A stretch of 64,000 nucleotides of DNA, taken from contig NC_047079.1 in the NCBI RefSeq assembly GCF_902459465.1, positions 10,292,001-10,356,000 on the forward strand. The letters are read 5' to 3'. The stretch is from Asterias rubens (lineage: Eukaryota). Positions 61,850-64,000 of this stretch are shown piece after piece. Position numbers and translations under genes: made by a program. Within the stretch, counting starts at the first letter, position 1; each line of letters begins with the position of its first letter. The notes under the pieces were generated by a model. It saw nothing but the letters and a program-made list of their open reading frames with translations. It was not told where the DNA came from and ran no database searches.

Positions 61850-63457
61850 ATGCCAGACGTCAGCATCTCAGAATTCTTCCTGGGGGGTGTGGCTGCTTGC
61901 GGAGCTTGCCTTTTCAGCAACCCCCTGGAAGTGGTTAAAACGCGCATGCAACTTCAAGGCGAACTCAAAGCACGAGGGAGCTATCACAGACACTACAGGA
62001 ATGTCTTCCACGCTTTCTTCACCATCGGCCGAGTGGACGGACTCTTGGCATTACAGAAGGGGCTCGGACCCGCTTTGTGGTACCAACTTTTTATGAACGG
62101 TTGCCGTTTAGGGAGCTATCAGTGTTTCTTTGATCTAGGATTGACTAAGAATTCTAAGGGTGAAGTTAGTGTACTGAGAAGCGTACCGGCAGGAGCATTA
62201 GCGGGGGCCACTGGTGCCTTAGTAAGCAGTCCCTTTTATATGGTAAGTCTAGTATAGACGATGTGACCTGTGACATCACATGTTTACAAAAGAGCCACAG
62301 AGCCTGGATTTCCTGCAGGCACGATTTGTACACAGCCTAACGAAATAAAACATAAAATCTTATATTTTATGGAGATTGCACCGTCCAATTCCTATCAACT
62401 TTTGATATGACATGTATGATGAAAAGGTGCACATCTCAAAACTTGCCCAACTCTTTACTTTCATAAATCTTGGATTCGTGTGGAAATTATGACACCAAAT
62501 TCCTGTGTAGGACCTGTGTAGTATCTTGCCTGCCAGAATACCCACAGAATGCGCAAGGTCACACTATTGTATTTGTAATGAAGTTCACATGGTCTATAAT
62601 AACGCTCCATTGTCTCAAAAAGCTTCAAAATCAAACTGCATATTTTTATTTTGAGTCTGATGGTTTGAGGACTGCACTCCCCTAGTTAATAGTAGTTTTA
62701 CTGCAAAATGAGTTAGTGTTACAGTGATCCTGTTTTATGGAATAGGCCACAGATTTCACAAAACTTTACGCAACATGCACTTAAGTCCACTTGCACAAGC
62801 TGTGCACCACTATTACACAATAAATTATTGTACAATACAAAACTAACAAGATCTGCAAAAAGTTACTCAAGATGTATCTGTTGTTCATTTGGTGTATTAA
62901 TTTTTGGTTTTTACCCATATACACCGATGTGTATAGCATTGTACACTCAGTACTTTCCAGAGTCCTGTGAAAAAAATCACAGGCATTTTACTCGGGTGGG
63001 ATTCGGAACCCACGACCCTTGCAATTCTAGAGCAGTGTCATACCAACTAGACCACCGAGATTGCCCGGTAGCTAGAGGCAGTTCGAATCCTATGTTTTCA
63101 GCAGCGGGTACTGCAAACGATTTAATAGATGTTAAATTTGCATCGGGGGATAAAGAAAGTGTACATATGATTGTGGCTGTGCAACTTTGCTTTCACAATA
63201 AGATTGTTTTATTGATGTCTTCTGTTGCTTGATCGCAGATAAAAACTCATCTTCAAGCCCAATCACATCAGGTAATAGCTGTCGGTTACCAACACACGCA
63301 CACCGGCATGACAATGGCGCTACGCCAGACCTTCAGAGAAAGAGGCTTTTTTGGTTTGTGGAGGGGAGCCACAGCGGCAGTTGTACGGGTTTCGTTCGGC
63401 TCTGCAGCACAACTATCAACATTCTCTACAGCTAAGGAGATGGTTATAAATACTGAA
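61850..63457 (+). CDS. SLC25A35: Mitochondrial carrier SLC25A34/35 (yeast Oac1-like) family, first two coding exons; gene runs off the window
   Basis: Exons 61850-62242 (ATG|gtaagt) and 63239-63457 (GAA|gtaagt), phase 0. Carrier signatures [15 protein letters not shown] and [13 protein letters not shown], plus GLWRG. SLC25A34 versus SLC25A35 orthology not resolvable here. Confidence 0.9.
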
Positions 63458-64000
63458 GTAAGTTTATGGTAATCATAGCAAACTTGGGTATTTGGGTCTA
63501 CAGTGCATGTATCCATACTCAAGGCTCTTCAGCAAAAAAAATTACTTCTAAAGAAAGCTTTTGATTTTTTTTTTAATGAGTTATAAGAAGATAACAAAAG
63601 AGGACAATAGGGTGCCTGGTTGATTGAGGTCCCTAGATGGATAGCTTGTACACCTGTAGTGCAAATTGATGCCAAAAGATTAGTACAGACAAATGAAGGA
63701 CAATAGGAGGTACCCCCCCCCCCCCTGATTGCAGTGTTGTTTGTTTAGATGGTCTTACTGTCAAGGGAGCCCTGCAAACTCCCATAAGGGGATTATGAGC
63801 AAGTTAGAGTGTGCACAATGGTTAACTAAAGGTTGACCATTTTGACTCGAACCCAGGCTGGTCGACCATTGGTTGACTACTGTGGTCGACCATTTGGAAC
63901 CAGCCTCGAGACCATGGTTTCTTCACTGGTCCCAACAGCATGTTCCGTTCTAACATGTGTTAAGCGCAGAAGGGAACCAGTGACACTTTAGCGAAAAGGT

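Noticed and set aside
2810-63725. Numerous G/C homopolymer runs of 9-15 nt as a functional G-quadruplex system
   Set aside because: Mostly single runs tied to a dispersed repeat (GGGG..ACCATGCCACATATCAA at about 20570, 21490, 31900); homopolymer length is also error-prone in assemblies.

Overview
AT-rich, intron-containing animal genomic DNA; gene and repeat content suggest an invertebrate deuterostome, probably an echinoderm (inference only). All exon models were read by hand from GT/AG sites and codon phase. Genes in order: PUSL1 (-, 7 exons, 305 aa) head-to-head with an MFSD8/CLN7-like MFS transporter (+, 11 exons, 526 aa); three minus-strand nuclear-factor genes, namely a ~1130-aa low-complexity protein ending in two ZAD-like zinc domains and two paralogous spliced pogo/Fot-like (DD35D) transposase-derived genes with degenerate catalytic triads and C-terminal PHD fingers; two single-coding-exon class A peptide-receptor-like GPCR paralogs (-) with an apparent gene-conversion tract; a 5'-truncated LINE; and the first two coding exons of an SLC25A34/35-type carrier (+). 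Introns and spacers are packed with TTAA-flanked Kolobok-type, hAT and unclassified MITEs and tRNA-derived SINEs, some nested. Best candidate for an undescribed system: the ~21-kb cluster of two domesticated transposase-PHD genes plus the double-ZAD gene, each with a CTCF-like motif just upstream. No rRNA, true tRNA gene or CRISPR array is supported.
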